A DNA stretch of 64,000 nucleotides, taken from Dimorphilus gyrociliatus (taxonomy: Eukaryota; Animalia; Annelida). The notes beneath the pieces were generated by a model. The model was given only the letters and a program-made list of their open reading frames with translations, was not told the DNA's origin and did no database searches. Within the stretch, counting starts at the first letter, position 1. Each line of letters starts with the position of its first letter. Positions 1 through 15,000 of the stretch are shown here, in pieces. Position numbers and translations under genes: made by a program. Where the stretch lies: positions 2,105,643 through 2,169,642 of the forward strand of contig CAJFCJ010000014.1 in NCBI GenBank assembly GCA_904063045.1, read 5' to 3'.

Positions 1-3000
1 GTAGAAGCGTCGTAATAAGTTTGATCTAGAGCTATAAACTACACACTGTCTATATAGATTAAATTATGAATATATAGACCAATTTATTACTGTTTAACTC
101 TACTAAATCGATTTACTAGTGTTACAGTTTAAACAGCCGCAAAAATTTACAACAATTCAAACTGAACTTTTCTCATTATTGGAGATTTGAATAGATATTT
201 ATTGACGGATCGTCTCCTTTTTGTAAATATATTTTGAATTGCCTTCTGGCCTTTCTGAATTTCTACAATAGGGCTACAATAACGCCAGAATGAAAGGTAA
301 ATAAATAGAAAGGCGGCTATAAATTGGATTTTCTTTGTGCCTGTTTCTGTCCGAGGTTACATAACACTATATCTGCTTGTCGATTAGCGCTTCTAAAATT
401 ACAGATAGTGATTGATAAACTGAAATGCTGGAATGTTGCTATCTTGGTGTTTTAACATTTTAAGATTGCCTAAATTTTCCAACAGATCACTTTTTAACCT
501 AGTTGTAAAAGGGGGTCTAAAGGGTTTCCACATGCACCGTATCGTTGACGGCCAAAAGTGCAAGAATGTTGTTTACTGTGTAGAGATATACTGTATAGAG
601 ATATACTGTTGTATGTATGTAAAGTATATAATATATATATCTACAGTATAATTAGATATATATATATATATAGAATTTTATTGTTTACAATAGTCCAATG
701 AATTTTTCTTGTAGTTTATTTCATCCCTAAAATCTTTTTGCAATCAATCGACAACTATATCTACTAAAAGATAAATAGAAAAAAGTGAAATGTTTAATAC
801 GCTGGACGGTAGGCGTGTTAAGCATGTTTTGTTTGTAAGTTTGCCTGAATTTGTTGTGTGCGTGCGTGTATATTTGGCGCGTCTAGTATTTAATTTAATT
901 AAATGTATTAACGTGTTTTTCTCTATTTCTTTTCTTATGATCATCTATCTAACTAAATGTTATATTTATTTATCTATAAATCTTTCATTCTATCATTTTT
1001 TTTTCCTTTTCCTTTTTCTATCTTCCTCTTTATACTCTGTTATGTCTTTGCTTAAATCTTTTTCCGTTCTTCCTCTTATATCCCTGTCTCTCCTCTCCTA
1101 GATTATCCTATCTTTTTTATTAATCACAACAACAACAACAATATCAGAATTTATGCTTTTCAGAATTACCGCGTATCCATCTTACTAGACGATAATCCAA
1201 GATTATTTATGACCTATTTTATTGAACGACACTCGAAAAAATACGATTAACAAACCTCCGGTTGGCACATTATCAAATTGACGTTGATAAGAGACGCTGA
1301 TTAGGAGTAGCATTGCGAATCCATGATAAATCATTATTATATTCAAATCCTTAATTTTTTCTTGCATACCTATGGACAAGCAAATTATCGCGTCTAATCA
1401 ATAATATAACACAGTCTTTGAATAGATAAGAATAAGAGATAAGAGATAAAATGGTAAGGCTTTTAATAAGTATATATGTGCAGTATATATATATACTGTA
1501 TATATACTGTCCAGATAGATAGATATATGTTGATATGCGGTAATGTACGAATAAGTTTAATTGGCATTTTATACAAAAAGATACTGCTTGTATTATTTTA
1601 ACTAACTGATCATTACTACAATAATTACTTAAAATATTACCAGATATGTCCATATATACATATATATATATATATGTACATTATCAACTTAAACAAATGT
1701 ATGCTTTGACACTGTATTTGTATGTAAAGAGGCTTTCTTTGTAATTTTACCTTTCAAGTGTCAATCCGTTTTTAAAGGTGTTTATCTACTGTTATTCTAC
1801 ACAGATTTATTTTATTGCTTATAAAATGATTTTTATGGTTAGGATATTACTCATCTTTTAAATAGTAATAAAAAACTATATCTTTACTTTTAGTTTTATC
1901 TCTTCCTCTGATACTTTTCTTTTAATAAAGAAAAATGAAACAAAAATTGGAAAAAATGCATATATACATATATAAATATAGCACGAACCAACTCCTTACT
2001 AAAATCTCTTTGACAGAGAAGAAAGAAAATATCCAGATGTTAACTCAAACTCGTCTGACAGACGTTTGAAAGAGCTTGACTAACTATACAAACAGCGACC
2101 AATCAGCTCCTTGAAGCGAGTCACGTGACTTTTGTCCCTTGTCTTTGAAGTGTTCCGATAGGGTGTTTGGTGATTACAGAGAAAATTTTTGTTGCATTCA
2201 AGTGTCTGGTGGGGATTAAAGGGGAAGAAAACGAATGATTTTTTATTCCAAAAGATAAGTTAATACATATTTTTGCACTTGATATGCAAGGCAGGAAGTT
2301 AGCTGAGGTTGAGATTAATCGGTCTTGTCGGATACAAATCGAACGGAATTTATTAAAAGATTGGTTTTCCTACTCTTTTCTTTAATAATAGAACAAAGAG
2401 CATCAATTGACAAGGGTAACCGTTATGACGCCCGCAATAATTATACGGTTTCAAAACTCGAAATTAATAGCAATGAAAATACCATTAAGCCGGTTTTTTT
2501 AACGAGTATCTCTTGAATGAACAACCATTTTTCAACCAATAATTACTCTAATCAATTCACAGTAGAGTATACAAGAAAATATCTATTCCTCATTAAGATC
2601 ACTATAATTAGCCTATTTCATAAGTTTTATATCGATTATGCAAGTGATCGACACGCGCGAGTACAATTATTCTCTTCTCTCTTTATTGCCCTTCCTCCCT
2701 CCCCTTTTACCTTTAAATATTAAGCGTTTTGTATTTTTGACGCTTTTTTTTCTCCTATCTTTTCTTTCTATCTATTTGTCCGTCTCTCTTTCTTCCTTCT
2801 CCAATTCATCATGGAAAGAACAGATTATTTTTATTTACAAAAAAAACAGATGAAAGAAATTCTCTAACCCATATTCCCCTATAATTCTCTTTCTCTCGTT
2901 TTTTTTATCAATTAGGGAGCGTCTAAATAAATGGAAAAAAAACAATTTGAATTGAATTTTCTCTAATAAGAAATGTTAATTCGATGGAAAGAAAATATAT

Positions 3001-3558
3001 ACCAGTTTCTCTTTCTCCAATTTCCTTTCACATAATTGATATGCAAGACAGGAAGTAGGCTGAATTTGAGATTAATCGGTTTTGTCGGGAAACAAATCGA
3101 ATGGAATGCTTTAATTTTAGAACGGTGGAAAGATTGAGGAGGTAACGTGAATAATTTGAATGGTATTTGTGTCCGTTATTCAATTCAAGTGCATTTTGGC
3201 TTCACTACCCGTTTCCCATATACAGATGTTTCGGCTTCGTCAAAATACTCAATAGCCGAAAGTTACTAAATCGTCACACACAGTAACGCCATCTATAGTT
3301 ATTCATCGAGAACTATATAACCACCTCTATGCGCCATGAATCACTATAAATATGGTTTAAATTAAAGATGGTGATTAGGAGCATACCACTGTATGCACTA
3401 TAAACGGATCGTTTTGATCTTTACCCTTTTTCTTACTAAGCATATAGATGCGCTACTAAGATTATTCATTAAAAATGTTTATTTCAGAAATAAAACAAGA
3501 GAAATAAAAAAACAATTTCAGAGTATCGGTTTATAATAGTACTTTGTAATAGTTTGGT

Positions 3559-3574
3559 GGCCCTTAAAAGGGCC
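3559..3574 (-). terminator. Histone mRNA 3' stem-loop of H2B
   Basis: Minus strand reads AAAAA-GGCCCT-TTTA-AGGGCC-ACCAA: 6-bp stem, 4-nt loop and the canonical flanks. Confidence 0.97.
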
Positions 3575-3615
3575 TTTTTTATACAAATGAATTAATTCAT
3601 TCAGAGGTAGACGCT

Positions 3616-3999
3616 TTACTTAGCGCTGGTGTACTTGGTTACAGCCTTGGTTCCCTCAGAAACGGCGTGCTTAGCCAATTCACCGGGCAACAGAAGTCTT
3701 ACGGCTGTTTGGATTTCTCTGGACGTGATTGTTGATCTTTTGTTGTAATGAGCCAATCTGGAGGCTTCGGCAGCAATTCTTTCGAAGATGTCGTTGACGA
3801 AGGAGTTCATGATAGACATAGCTTTGGATGAGATACCAGTATCTGGATGAACTTGTTTCAAAACTTTGTAGATGTAGATGGCGTAAGATTCCTTCCTCCT
3901 TCTCTTCTTCTTCTTGTCAGTGCTGCGAACAGCTTTGGCCTTCGATGCAGCCTTCTTCGAACCTTTAGATGCGGCTTTTCCACCAACTTTAGGAGGCAT
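3616..3999 (-). CDS. H2B: Histone H2B, canonical replication-dependent type, intronless
   Basis: 127-aa ORF with the H2B core ([41 protein letters not shown]...VTKYTSAK) and a 3' stem-loop at 3559-3574. Confidence 0.99.
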   Translation of the reverse strand: MPPKVGGKAASKGSKKAASKAKAVRSTDKKKKRRRKESYAIYIYKVLKQVHPDTGISSKAMSIMNSFVNDIFERIAAEASRLAHYNKRSTITSREIQTAVRLLLPGELAKHAVSEGTKAVTKYTSAK

Positions 4000-4070
4000 G
4001 ATGATTTAAGAGTTGATTTGGTTGTTGAGGTATGAACACTCGACGATGTTGGACTGAAGAAATTTACCCC

Positions 4071-4206
4071 TTTATATACAATCCGTATGCAAATGAGTTG
4101 TCTGGACGTTCTCGAAGTAAATACTCGACGCTCATTGGTCCAGTTCAAAGCGCGCTTATTGGCTAAGATAATTTCTATTGTGTAAAGTAAAAAAAAACGC
4201 GGGAAA
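4071..4206 (-). promoter_or_regulatory. H2B promoter (TATA, octamer, two CCAAT, E2F-like)
   Basis: On the H2B strand: TATATAAA 4071-4078, ATTTGCAT 4087-4094, CCAAT 4134-4138 and 4158-4162, TTTCCCGC 4199-4206. Confidence 0.75.
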
Positions 4207-5759
4207 AGTTTAGCGCCTTTTGTTAGTTACTTTTCTACTGAATTATTATTACATATATATATGCCTAAAGAATTAAACAAATTGTAAAAATAATAACAAG
4301 AGCAATTTAAGCTTACTAAGAACAATAAACGAAATCCACATTTTCTGAATGCAGTGTAATCAAAGTTATAGTCGGGCAATTTGTGTAACATTTATATGAA
4401 TAGTAAGTAATTCGTAATCAACTCTGATATTAACAGCAAAATATCCGTTTCATACTCAATTGAAAAGAAGAATGTTACATATTTCATTTGTAAAATACAT
4501 GACATCGCGAAATTTACAAGATCGATATTGAACGATGAAAAATTTTGTAATCGAAAACACGTAGACGTAACGTCTCTTTAACCTATTACTTTTATAGAGA
4601 GAGAGTCGCCAAGACTGCGAAAGTATATTACAAAATAGAGAACGTTTTGTAAGTCGTTAATGAAATGCATTGAATAGATCTAATAATCTAATACAAGATG
4701 ATCTGAAATTTATTTTACTATATACATTTCCCGTCTAAGATTCAATCTTAATCTAATATCTGTAAAATCTGCAAATATAACTAGTATTATTCAATATTAC
4801 AGTCTAATTTTTTAGGCAGTTGGTATACTTTTAATTTGATAAAATATGTTATGTCTATTGTCTTGTCAAGTAAATCTGTCGACATATCTAGTCATTTCTA
4901 ACATATACTCGAACATAACATAATTCTCAACATTAGCCTACATATTACAAAACCATAGTTTATATGTAATATCTTAACCTCCCTTAACTCTGATGATTTT
5001 TGTGAAAAATATATGTAATAGAAATTGATTAAGGAATATCATATATGATAATCTATTTACAGTATAGAATAATAATAATAATAAAAAAGACCTTTTACAG
5101 ATTGTTAATATATTCATTTATGCTAAAGTTATCAGTATTGTTTCTACTTTATAATGAATCTTTGTTAGAATATTGGAAAATATTCTTTCGCTCTTATACT
5201 ATCAACGTAACGTCATATATATTTGAAATGTTCAAAACTTACGGGAAAAAATTTCAAATTTTCTTCTCGTTTTATCGAGTTAGCTTGCAGTAATTCATTG
5301 AATGTTAAAATACTTAATGTCTTTTGTTTCTTTCTTTTCTATTAATATTAAAGTGTAGATGTTATTAAATTGTTATTCTATATCATCATTTGTAAAGTGT
5401 CGTAACGTAAGGTTAATGAAATTATAAACGGAATGATAGAATTAACGACGCTTAAAACGCTTAATCATGACGATATTCTCATAGTTAAGTCATTTTTTAT
5501 AATAATTTCATTTGATTTGTTTCGTAATATCATTTATTTGATTATTAATTTTAGTTCTCAATATTGATTGTTGATTGGACATATTCACGGTGTTTTGATT
5601 GGCTAATCATTATTTTAATAAATTATCATTACCTACACATTATTAGGATGAAATTGAAATATTACAAGCTAGAATAATGTATTAATGATTGATCAGGCGA
5701 TTTTTTGTATTAATTATCTAGATATTAATAACTTTAAAAGAGTGTTTATGTATAGTTAT

Positions 5760-5902
5760 ATTTGCATATCAGTGCCATTTCTCGGCCGGTGATTGGCAGA
5801 GAGTTTTATGCAAATGAGTCTGTATCTCGTTTTCGCGCCAAAAATACCGCGTTTTCATTGGCTCTCCTGGAAAGGATTTTGGTAGAGAAAGTAGGTATAA
5901 AA
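5760..5902 (+). promoter_or_regulatory. H2A promoter (two octamers, two CCAAT, double E2F site, TATA)
   Basis: ATTTGCAT 5760-5767, ATTGG 5792-5796, ATGCAAAT 5808-5815, TTTCGCGCCAAA 5831-5842, ATTGG 5857-5861, TATAAAA 5896-5902. Confidence 0.75.
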
Positions 5903-5978
5903 TCAAACTATAGAATCCCGTGTGTTCATTTGAGTTTATTCGTATAAGAAGAAGGTTCTTGATATCTGTCAGTTGATC

Positions 5979-6425
<447 letters not shown>

Positions 6426-6461
6426 GAAGTTTCCGAAAAGGTCTTCTAAAAACACTAAAAC

Positions 6462-6477
6462 GGCCCTTTTAAGGGCC
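6462..6477 (+). terminator. Histone mRNA 3' stem-loop of H2A
   Basis: AAAAC-GGCCCT-TTTA-AGGGCC-ACCAA; the 16-mer is identical to the H2B stem-loop. Confidence 0.97.
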
Positions 6478-6961
6478 ACCAATTTTTATCAAAGCGACTA
6501 GTAAATTTGTTAATTGAATTATGAGACGCTAGATGGCGTAGTCAAAATTGTTTTAAAAGTCTTAAATACACTTATTGGATGCAAATATGTACTTAAAATA
6601 ATGAGCCTTTAAACTTACGACAAAATGACGGGAATATGATTGTTCCGCACGAACGACTATCTATTGGGGCCAAATCAGTTTGTACTTGGGGGCTTCGAAA
6701 CGTCATAGACGCACAATTGATGACTGAAGTCTGACGAAAAAAGGAGTGAAAATAAATGCTGTTAGGTGTTTATTAAGCTTAACTTTATAGAATTTTGTCA
6801 ACCAACACCAGCTTTGAATTTCCATATAAACGTTTGCCGGAAGTTACCACCATATGCACGCCACCTACAAAAGGTTAATAATAATCTAATACAGTTGCAT
6901 ATGAGCATAAGAGAAGCGACGCCTACCTCGTCATATCGCACTGAAGCGTCACTTTGTCACA

Positions 6962-8630
6962 ATGGATTGTGCTACGCAAGCTGAATTACCCTCTGACAAA
7001 CAGCGAAAGTCAAATCCAAACTTGCGTTTTAATAATAGACGACTAAGCGTCTTCCCGGCAAAAAATGCTAGTTGGGCTTACGTCGTTTTATTGGTTGCGA
7101 TGCTATCAAATGTGACAACAGGTGGTTTGCTACTGTCAAACAGTATGGTAGTACTCTACGCTCAAGTTCATTTCAATGGCACAAAATACGATGCTGGTTA
7201 GTAAAAATTCAGAGCTTGAATAGCATGTAAAGTTAACATTTAGCAATAATATTTATGTTAATAATATCTGTTATTCAAAAAGAAAGATTTTAAAAGGAAG
7301 AATGATAGAGTGAAAAAAGAAAAACAACAAGAGAGAGAGAGAGAGAGGGAGATTACAAAGTTATAAATATATTCAATTAATTCTTATTAATTCGTTTCCT
7401 TCTATTTTTTATACTTTCTATCAATCTCTGACATTCTTACAATTTCAAAAAAATCACGAAAGTGAACAATAAGTTTAACATGACTTAGTCATATTATAGG
7501 GAAGATTGTGCACGCTTATCTATCCTTCTTTTACTTAACTAATATTCATTATATATAATTATAATCAGAAGAAATGGATAAAAGAAAATATCATATATGT
7601 CTGACATATGAAGCTAGATCATAGATTATGTAAAAGAGATTAGAGATTATCTGTTCGTCTTAAAGGTTAAGTATAGATTTCTTTAGGTATCAATTTTTTT
7701 TTAAAAATTCATCCGATATTGGATTATTTCCGGTAATTCTGGATTATATTACAATTTGGTAATACGTTCCATTTTCAAAATATTCTTAAGTCTCTGAAGT
7801 AAGATTTGCTGTAAACGATCGTAAATTATTGATATTATTAATATTGTTATTATTATTACTTTTCAAAGTGTAATTATAGATATCTTGTTTAATTTTTTAC
7901 TTGTAATAGTTTCACTAATGGAGAACGTTACCATCCTGCCGAAATACGATACTAGTTGGTTTTATTTGAGTAATTAATTATTAAGGGTGATAGGCTGACT
8001 AAACCGTTGTTATCGATTTATAATGAGAGCCGTTGGTGTAGGGTTAACTCAGTCTTTTATGAAATATAGCTGGAGGTTTGATTCCTAAAGTAAAGTAGAC
8101 AAAATTTTTTTGCAATTGACGTCAGATTCTGCTAATTAGTTGTTTGTTTAATTAATAATTTTATTTCTATTCTTCCTACACCCTTTCACATTTTCCTTTC
8201 TGTTTTGTTATTTTATTTGCATTCTAAATATCTGTCTCTGACTCTTTTTCATCATATATTCCATAGTTTAATGTAAAAGAATACTTCTATTTTTAGTTTT
8301 GATTACTTGGGTATAAAAAATAGAAAGATAAACATGAAAAGATGTTTATGAGAAGTCAAAGGAGAAAGAGAGAAGAAAGAGAAAGAGAAAATTTATTTTT
8401 TCCTTTATAAGGAAAGATAATTTGTGTAACCTATAGGGTCATTTTTAAAAGGAGAACGTATTCCTTTCGCTATAACAACCCTGGAGACGGCTTTTATAGT
8501 GCAAGATTATTGAAGTGTGTTCGGAATTTTTTTAAAAGAGAACATAATTATTGATTCTAGATGACTAATCGTGTAAGATTTTATACAAGTATCATGTTGA
8601 AGTATATTTTATTAAGCATCTATATAAATA

Positions 8631-8684
<54 letters not shown>

Positions 8685-11600
8685 CTGTATATATTAATTT
8701 GTATTAAAGCATATGCATTTAGGAAGAAGGTCATTTCTTGAAATTTGCCTCACGAAACCGCATTTTAGCTTTCGATTATAATTATTTCTATAAAGGGCTT
8801 AATAAACTTAAATTGACACGAAAACACCAAAAGGACAATAGCTTGCAGATCTGACAGTTTTTCTATCACTCCTTCTTTCTCTCTATCTCTCTCTCTCTCT
8901 GTCTCTTCAAGTATCCAATTACCTAATCATAATTACAGATTTTATTATTTCTATATTTCTCATCTTCAAGATATCTAATTCAACATTTTCAATTTTATTT
9001 TAACGTTATTATAATTATTTCATTTCTCTCTTTTTTTAATTATTAACTCTATTTCACTTTTGATATCCAGTGAAATGACTTTGCGTGAAGCAACTTCCGG
9101 TTTGTCGCAAAAAAAGAAATTTCATGACGTATGTCACGGTTTTAATGTAATAGGGTAAATCACGCGATTTAAGAGAAGAGTTATTTTATAGTTTTGTAAG
9201 TAATTTGAAGAATAATTCAAACTTTTCAGGAAAGATTCGTATGAATATAATTTAGTTTGTAGTTGTTCCTTTTAACAAATGAAAGGAAAATTGTTTGGAA
9301 TGATTTTCATATGTTTTTCCGTATATATGTATACGTAAACAATGTACTGCAGTATATAAACATATATACTGTATATATATAGAAGATATTCACATCTTAC
9401 CTTTGTATATATACAATATTCTTTATATAAAAGGTAATAAAAGATATGAACAAAAACAAAAAGAAGGAAATAATATCGAGGAAATTATTTATAAATAGAA
9501 AAAGGTATTGAAGACGGAAAATATCTAGCAGTGATACCTTCAATTGGAAAGAATATGGTGGAATGCTTTTTTTACTTCCAATACTTCCCGTAATTTTATA
9601 ATCTCCATTAAGTCAAGTAACTTTGATCTGTACATATCCGGGTCATTAGCTAATGTATAAGAAAAACAATATGTATTTTCATTTCCTAATGTATGATAAC
9701 ATTTTTAATTGTTAGTGAAAGCGTTAATTACTTGTTGTTGTTGTTGTTGTTATGTTTCAAACTGTTGAAACATAGCCTTCAGTGATGGCAGAAATTATTT
9801 CTATTGAAAAGATGAACTGAAAGAAAAAAAAAGATAAAACAATATAGAAGAGTGACAGAATAGAGATGAAAACGTATAGAAAAAGAGAAATAAAGTCAAC
9901 GTTTAAAAGAAACCAGAGAAATCTTTCTGCAAGAAAGTAGAAACCTTTTCAAAACTCTTCAGTCCCTTTATTTTGTTCTCTAGGAATATATATATATATA
10001 TACTATACAGTAAATATACTATATACTGTATATACAGTATATATATCTATTGTGTATGCATATACATTCTCTATATATTAATATACAAGACGGATCAACA
10101 AGAGCCATGTCATTTCGTTGTTGATAAATTGAAAAGATGACTTCTACATTCTTATTACAAGACAAAACTGTTGTCATGGTTTAATCATTTAACTTGTATT
10201 AAGTAGGAAGTGGTATGCAAGATTAAAAAGATGAGAGCAGGGTGGGCGGAGTGGGCGATATGGCAATAACATAGTTGTTAAGTTGTAGTAAAACTAAGCA
10301 AAGACAAAGAAATATAATCCAAAATATTAAAAATAAATAAAAATAAGTGATAAATTATAATTTATTTTCCTATCATTCTTTCAGAAAGAATGATTAAATG
10401 TCAATAATAATAATCTAAAAATGTCAATTTATCTACTTACAGCGTGGGCAATGAGTACTTCTTGGAGTTTCGGAGGTCTTCTTTCTCCTGTTATAACGGC
10501 AACATCACTTAAATATTCACCGAGGGCCGTATGCGTTCTAGGCGGCTTTGTAGCATCGGTCGGCACACTGTTCAATTCATTCGCTGATAGATATGTTCAT
10601 GTAATAGTTTCATATTGCATAATAGCGAGCTTGGGTTGCTTTATGTGCCAAATATCGAGTGCTATGATAGTAGAAGCTCACTTTTACACAAGAAGGATGT
10701 ATGTTAATAAAGGTTACTATTGTACTCAATGGTTTGGTATGGCGTTAATGGCAGTCTGGACAAGATATTCTCTAAGTGAATATGGATGGTTTTCGGGATT
10801 GCAAATGTCTACCATGTTTGTTAGCCTGAATTTTATTCTAGGATTTGCCTTTAATAATGAAAAGTCTTACAATCAGGTGCGTATATGGCGGTTATCAAGT
10901 ACGAAAATTGAGTTTTACGAGTACACACAAGTACATCAGACGAAGAACTATGTTAACTAGGCCTTGAAATTTTCAACAGAAATATACGTTTAGGTTAGAG
11001 CTTTATACAGACAAGAAGAGAGAAGAGAGAGAGAGAGAACTAAAGAAAGAAAGGAATATATTAATATTACAATTAAAATATATACCTGTACAAGTGACAT
11101 TCTTTACCATACCATGATATTCTATTTACTCTTCTTTTTTTTATAAACGACCATCTATTCCTGAATTACTTAAGAGATAGAAAAACTACTTTTATTAATT
11201 GAAAAAGGGAAAAAATATTAATGTATATACAGTATATATTATATATATACTTCATTTCTATGAGAATAACAATAACAACAACAATAACATGTTTTTCGTA
11301 TGATAAATTGTAGTTTTAAACTAGGAAATACGGTCTCTTTTTTCAACCTCTAATTGAAGTTTCTTTTCTTAACTTTAATAATAGACTTTAACAAGAAATT
11401 ATTCTTTGAAAAACATCTAAACTAATTTAAAATAATATTTTAATAATTAATTAAGAAGAGAAGTTAACTCTTTTCCATCTAACACCCTTATCTTACTTTT
11501 TATTTGTACTATATTTAAACATTATTACTGTATTTAACTATTGGTTAAGTAAAAACAAAAAAGTGTACTGCAACAACAAAAGAAACTGGTAATGAATGAG

Positions 11601-12041
11601 AAGAGATATAGAGGAAAAGAGAGGAAAAATTGAAGAGGATATATTTAAATACAAATATATATATACATATGAATATCATAGATGCAAAGATAAGGAAGAT
11701 TATATGTATATTTACACATACGTACATGAATCTTTAAATAAAACAAAAAAGTGATTATTTATCAATTATCTTTACTAATTACATCACATTTTCTAAGGAA
11801 ATTTTATAATATTTTTATTGGATAAATAGTTAAGAAGATTTTTATTAATAATTTATTAATGAAGGTGTTTTTTTAATGCTCTGGTTTATATTGTTAGTTT
11901 TGCTTGTTAAGACTGTTATGAATTACTTGTAGGAATAAAGAAAAGCATAGTAGAAAACGATAAAATGAAAAGATTTTATTATGATTATTATTTATTAATG
12001 AATGAGGTGAATACTCTATGTATAATATACAGAGTATATAG

Positions 12042-12080
<39 letters not shown>

Positions 12081-15000
12081 GTGTGTGTGTGTGTGTGTGT
12101 GAGAAAGTTAAAAGGTTATTAAACCAGCAATTAATGTTATATTAACAGGATCGACATTGTAATGCTCACTTTTCATTTCTATCTTCGTTTTTACTTTTAT
12201 GTCTTTATATATTTTAATTTAAAATATAGTAATATATTCTGTTACATATCTAATTACGTATTAAAAACAAACAGCAAGTGGTACATAGAGTACAGGTGGA
12301 TGAAAGGGGTAAACAAATTGTTCCCTGGAGATACAGCTTTCAACTTCCTCTTCTCAGAGACACAATTTACCTGAGATGGCTTACCATTGATACTCTCATC
12401 ACTGTCAGTTTATTTCTTGTTGTTACATTTACGGTAAGCTATTTTTTTTCTTTTTTATTTGAGATGTGTTATTAACTCTGAAAAGAGATATTCAGATATT
12501 TTATATAAGAAAGATGAAAAAGAAAATAGCTTGGAATAAAGGAACAAAATAAGAGTAAATTATAGGCCTTCTTTTTCTTCCTTAAGGCAAAATAGAACAT
12601 TTTTCTTTTAAATTGTTTAATAGGCTTTAATTGACATTTTGAAGGAAATAGTAGGAATTTGTAAGTGTAAATTTATGTGTGACTAGGTAAAGTTTTCAAG
12701 GTATTTCCATGTAGTTTTTATTCTTAGCTCCCCCTTTTCTATGCCTACAAACCCATAAATCAATATACTTGTATCGATATATTGATATATCATTATACCT
12801 TTTTAAAAATACGCATATTGCATATGGATATCTAATTTTTCTTCGATTAATTGAGTTCACTTAATTAGTATTCTTTTATTTCTTTAATAATTTCTATAAC
12901 ATATTCATATAACGTATCTTTAATATACATTTTATATACAATATACAATATAAGTCAGAGAGAGAGGACTTTTATTTTTATGCTAGTTTTCTTTCTTAAA
13001 TGGTGTGTACCTAATTATCCAGGTGCTAGCTTAATTTGCCTTGCTCGGGGAAAGATCAAAGTAGATATTATTTTAAAAATAAAAGCAACCAAATTTAGAT
13101 ATGACACTTGACAGTAATTGAAAAATTTTTAGTTTATGGAAAATGTATAAGATATTGGCTAAAAACGAAAATCAAATAGATGTTGGTAGTAAAAAATTTA
13201 AGTTATTTATCACCTCTCCTATGTGATATTCTTATTGTAGACTGACTCGTTATTTCTTAATGAGAGCATAGAATATCCTTTATTAACAGCTTAGACCCTC
13301 TTTCTTTTGTCCATCTGAATAATACTAAAATCGGGTTTAAAATGTCAGATGCATTCATTAATTAGTAATACACTCTTTCAATAAGAAAAAAAAACAACTT
13401 CCTAGAAGAAATGTTTAAAAATAAAGAAATAAACCTATTTTCTCCTTTAATCATTTTAATGTACAAAAAAAGAGAAACGTGTTAAATTTTTTCTGATTAA
13501 AATATTATTATTATTAGTCTTATTGTTATTTCTGCAAGTATCTAACATCTATTTATAGATAGAATGGTTTAATATCTATAACGAATACTATTGTGTACTG
13601 AATCTTATATGGTCTGAAACACATTATAAAATTGTAAATGATCAGCAATGTTATATATATATACTATGTAACGAAGTTGTATACTGTATAAGTGATACAT
13701 ATAGTCAAGCTTACAATAAGCATTAACTGGAAATATTTACTAATGTAAAAAATAAAGAGGGAAACGTAATGTGTAATGTATTTATTCAATCATAGTGTTA
13801 TTATTAATATTACCATTATCATTATTATTACTATTATAAACAATATAATATAAGAGTTTAGTAGATGCAGTACATTTATTGTACAGTATTCTTAGTATTT
13901 TGTATAAATAGCTGTATATAAATTATTATTATTTAAGTATACAGCATGAAGAAAAAATTGAAAATTTTATGCAAATGCCACTTGCTTTCTATTTTATATA
14001 CATTTCTATTTATTGTACATTTATAAAAAAAATATTACCATTTAGGTGTCGTTTGGTACTTTGACGTCATCTAATTGACATAATTTCTTTAGGTGCTCAA
14101 CGTTGACAGACTGCAATCGGACAACGAAAGTTTGATAAGGGGATATTTTTTGTTAATTTGTGGTTTAACAGCCACGATTGGTCACTTGTCTTGGCCGTCA
14201 ATCGCTAAGAGATTGGATGTTGGTCCTCTATTTATGCTCCAAAGTCAATTGTTAACCATTGCTTTTATTATTCTGGTCATAGTCTTATCAAATAGTCAAA
14301 GTATATTGTATATAGCAACTGCAGCGTTTGGATTTTTTATGGGTGGAATAACAATAGCGAGTCACACAGAATTATCATATTTAACTAAAGTTTGTTTGAT
14401 TATTTTCTTAAAGAGAAACAATTAAAAATTTCCAAATATCATCTTAATCGTTAAAATTTATCTTTAAGGAGAAAAAGGTAGTTTATTTAAAAAAAAACAA
14501 AATAATAGAATAGAGAACGAAAAGAAATTAACAAAGATGTACAAAAATGCGAGAAAGGATCTTATTAGTCTCTTTTAAACTTCTATTATTAAAGGATTTT
14601 CAGCCCATAGGTGCAATTTTTCTACCTTCTTTCCCTCCCCTATTATTTTCTATCAGAGAATAAATCCTTGTGCTGTTAATTTATACAAATTAGACTAAGA
14701 GAAAACACAAGAAATACTTTAAAATTTCTGATGTTTTTTAATTAGATTTATATAACTGAATTACTATTTAAAATAATAAAAACATCAAACAAACTTTAGA
14801 ATAATCTAAGACCATTTGCTAGAAGTTGGTCCATTTTTGTCAAAAGTGTTGCAGTATTAATATGCCCCCCTATAGTTGAACGGATAGAATCTCATTTAGA
14901 TAACTACTGCATTGGAAATTACATAGCTGGATGTGGTATGTTAGTTGCGTGGTTTTTAATTTTAATATTCCTGGCAAAGCTTCAATGGCGAGAAGGATCG

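Noticed and set aside
130-660. Possible coding remnants (plus ORF 433-651; minus-strand pieces such as LALLAVNDT and IAAFLFIYLSFWRY with a faint GPCR flavour)
   Set aside because: Stops in all frames and no consistent splice model; the similarity is too weak to call.
744-1653. ORFs 744-944, 790-1101, 1351-1653 and the exon-like piece at 1164-1250
   Set aside because: Low-complexity F/L/I/Y translations of AT-rich or microsatellite DNA; the 1164 piece could not be linked to any gene.
3847-4148. ORFs 3847-4035 (+) and 3858-4148 (-) overlapping H2B
   Set aside because: Shadow frames of the histone CDS.
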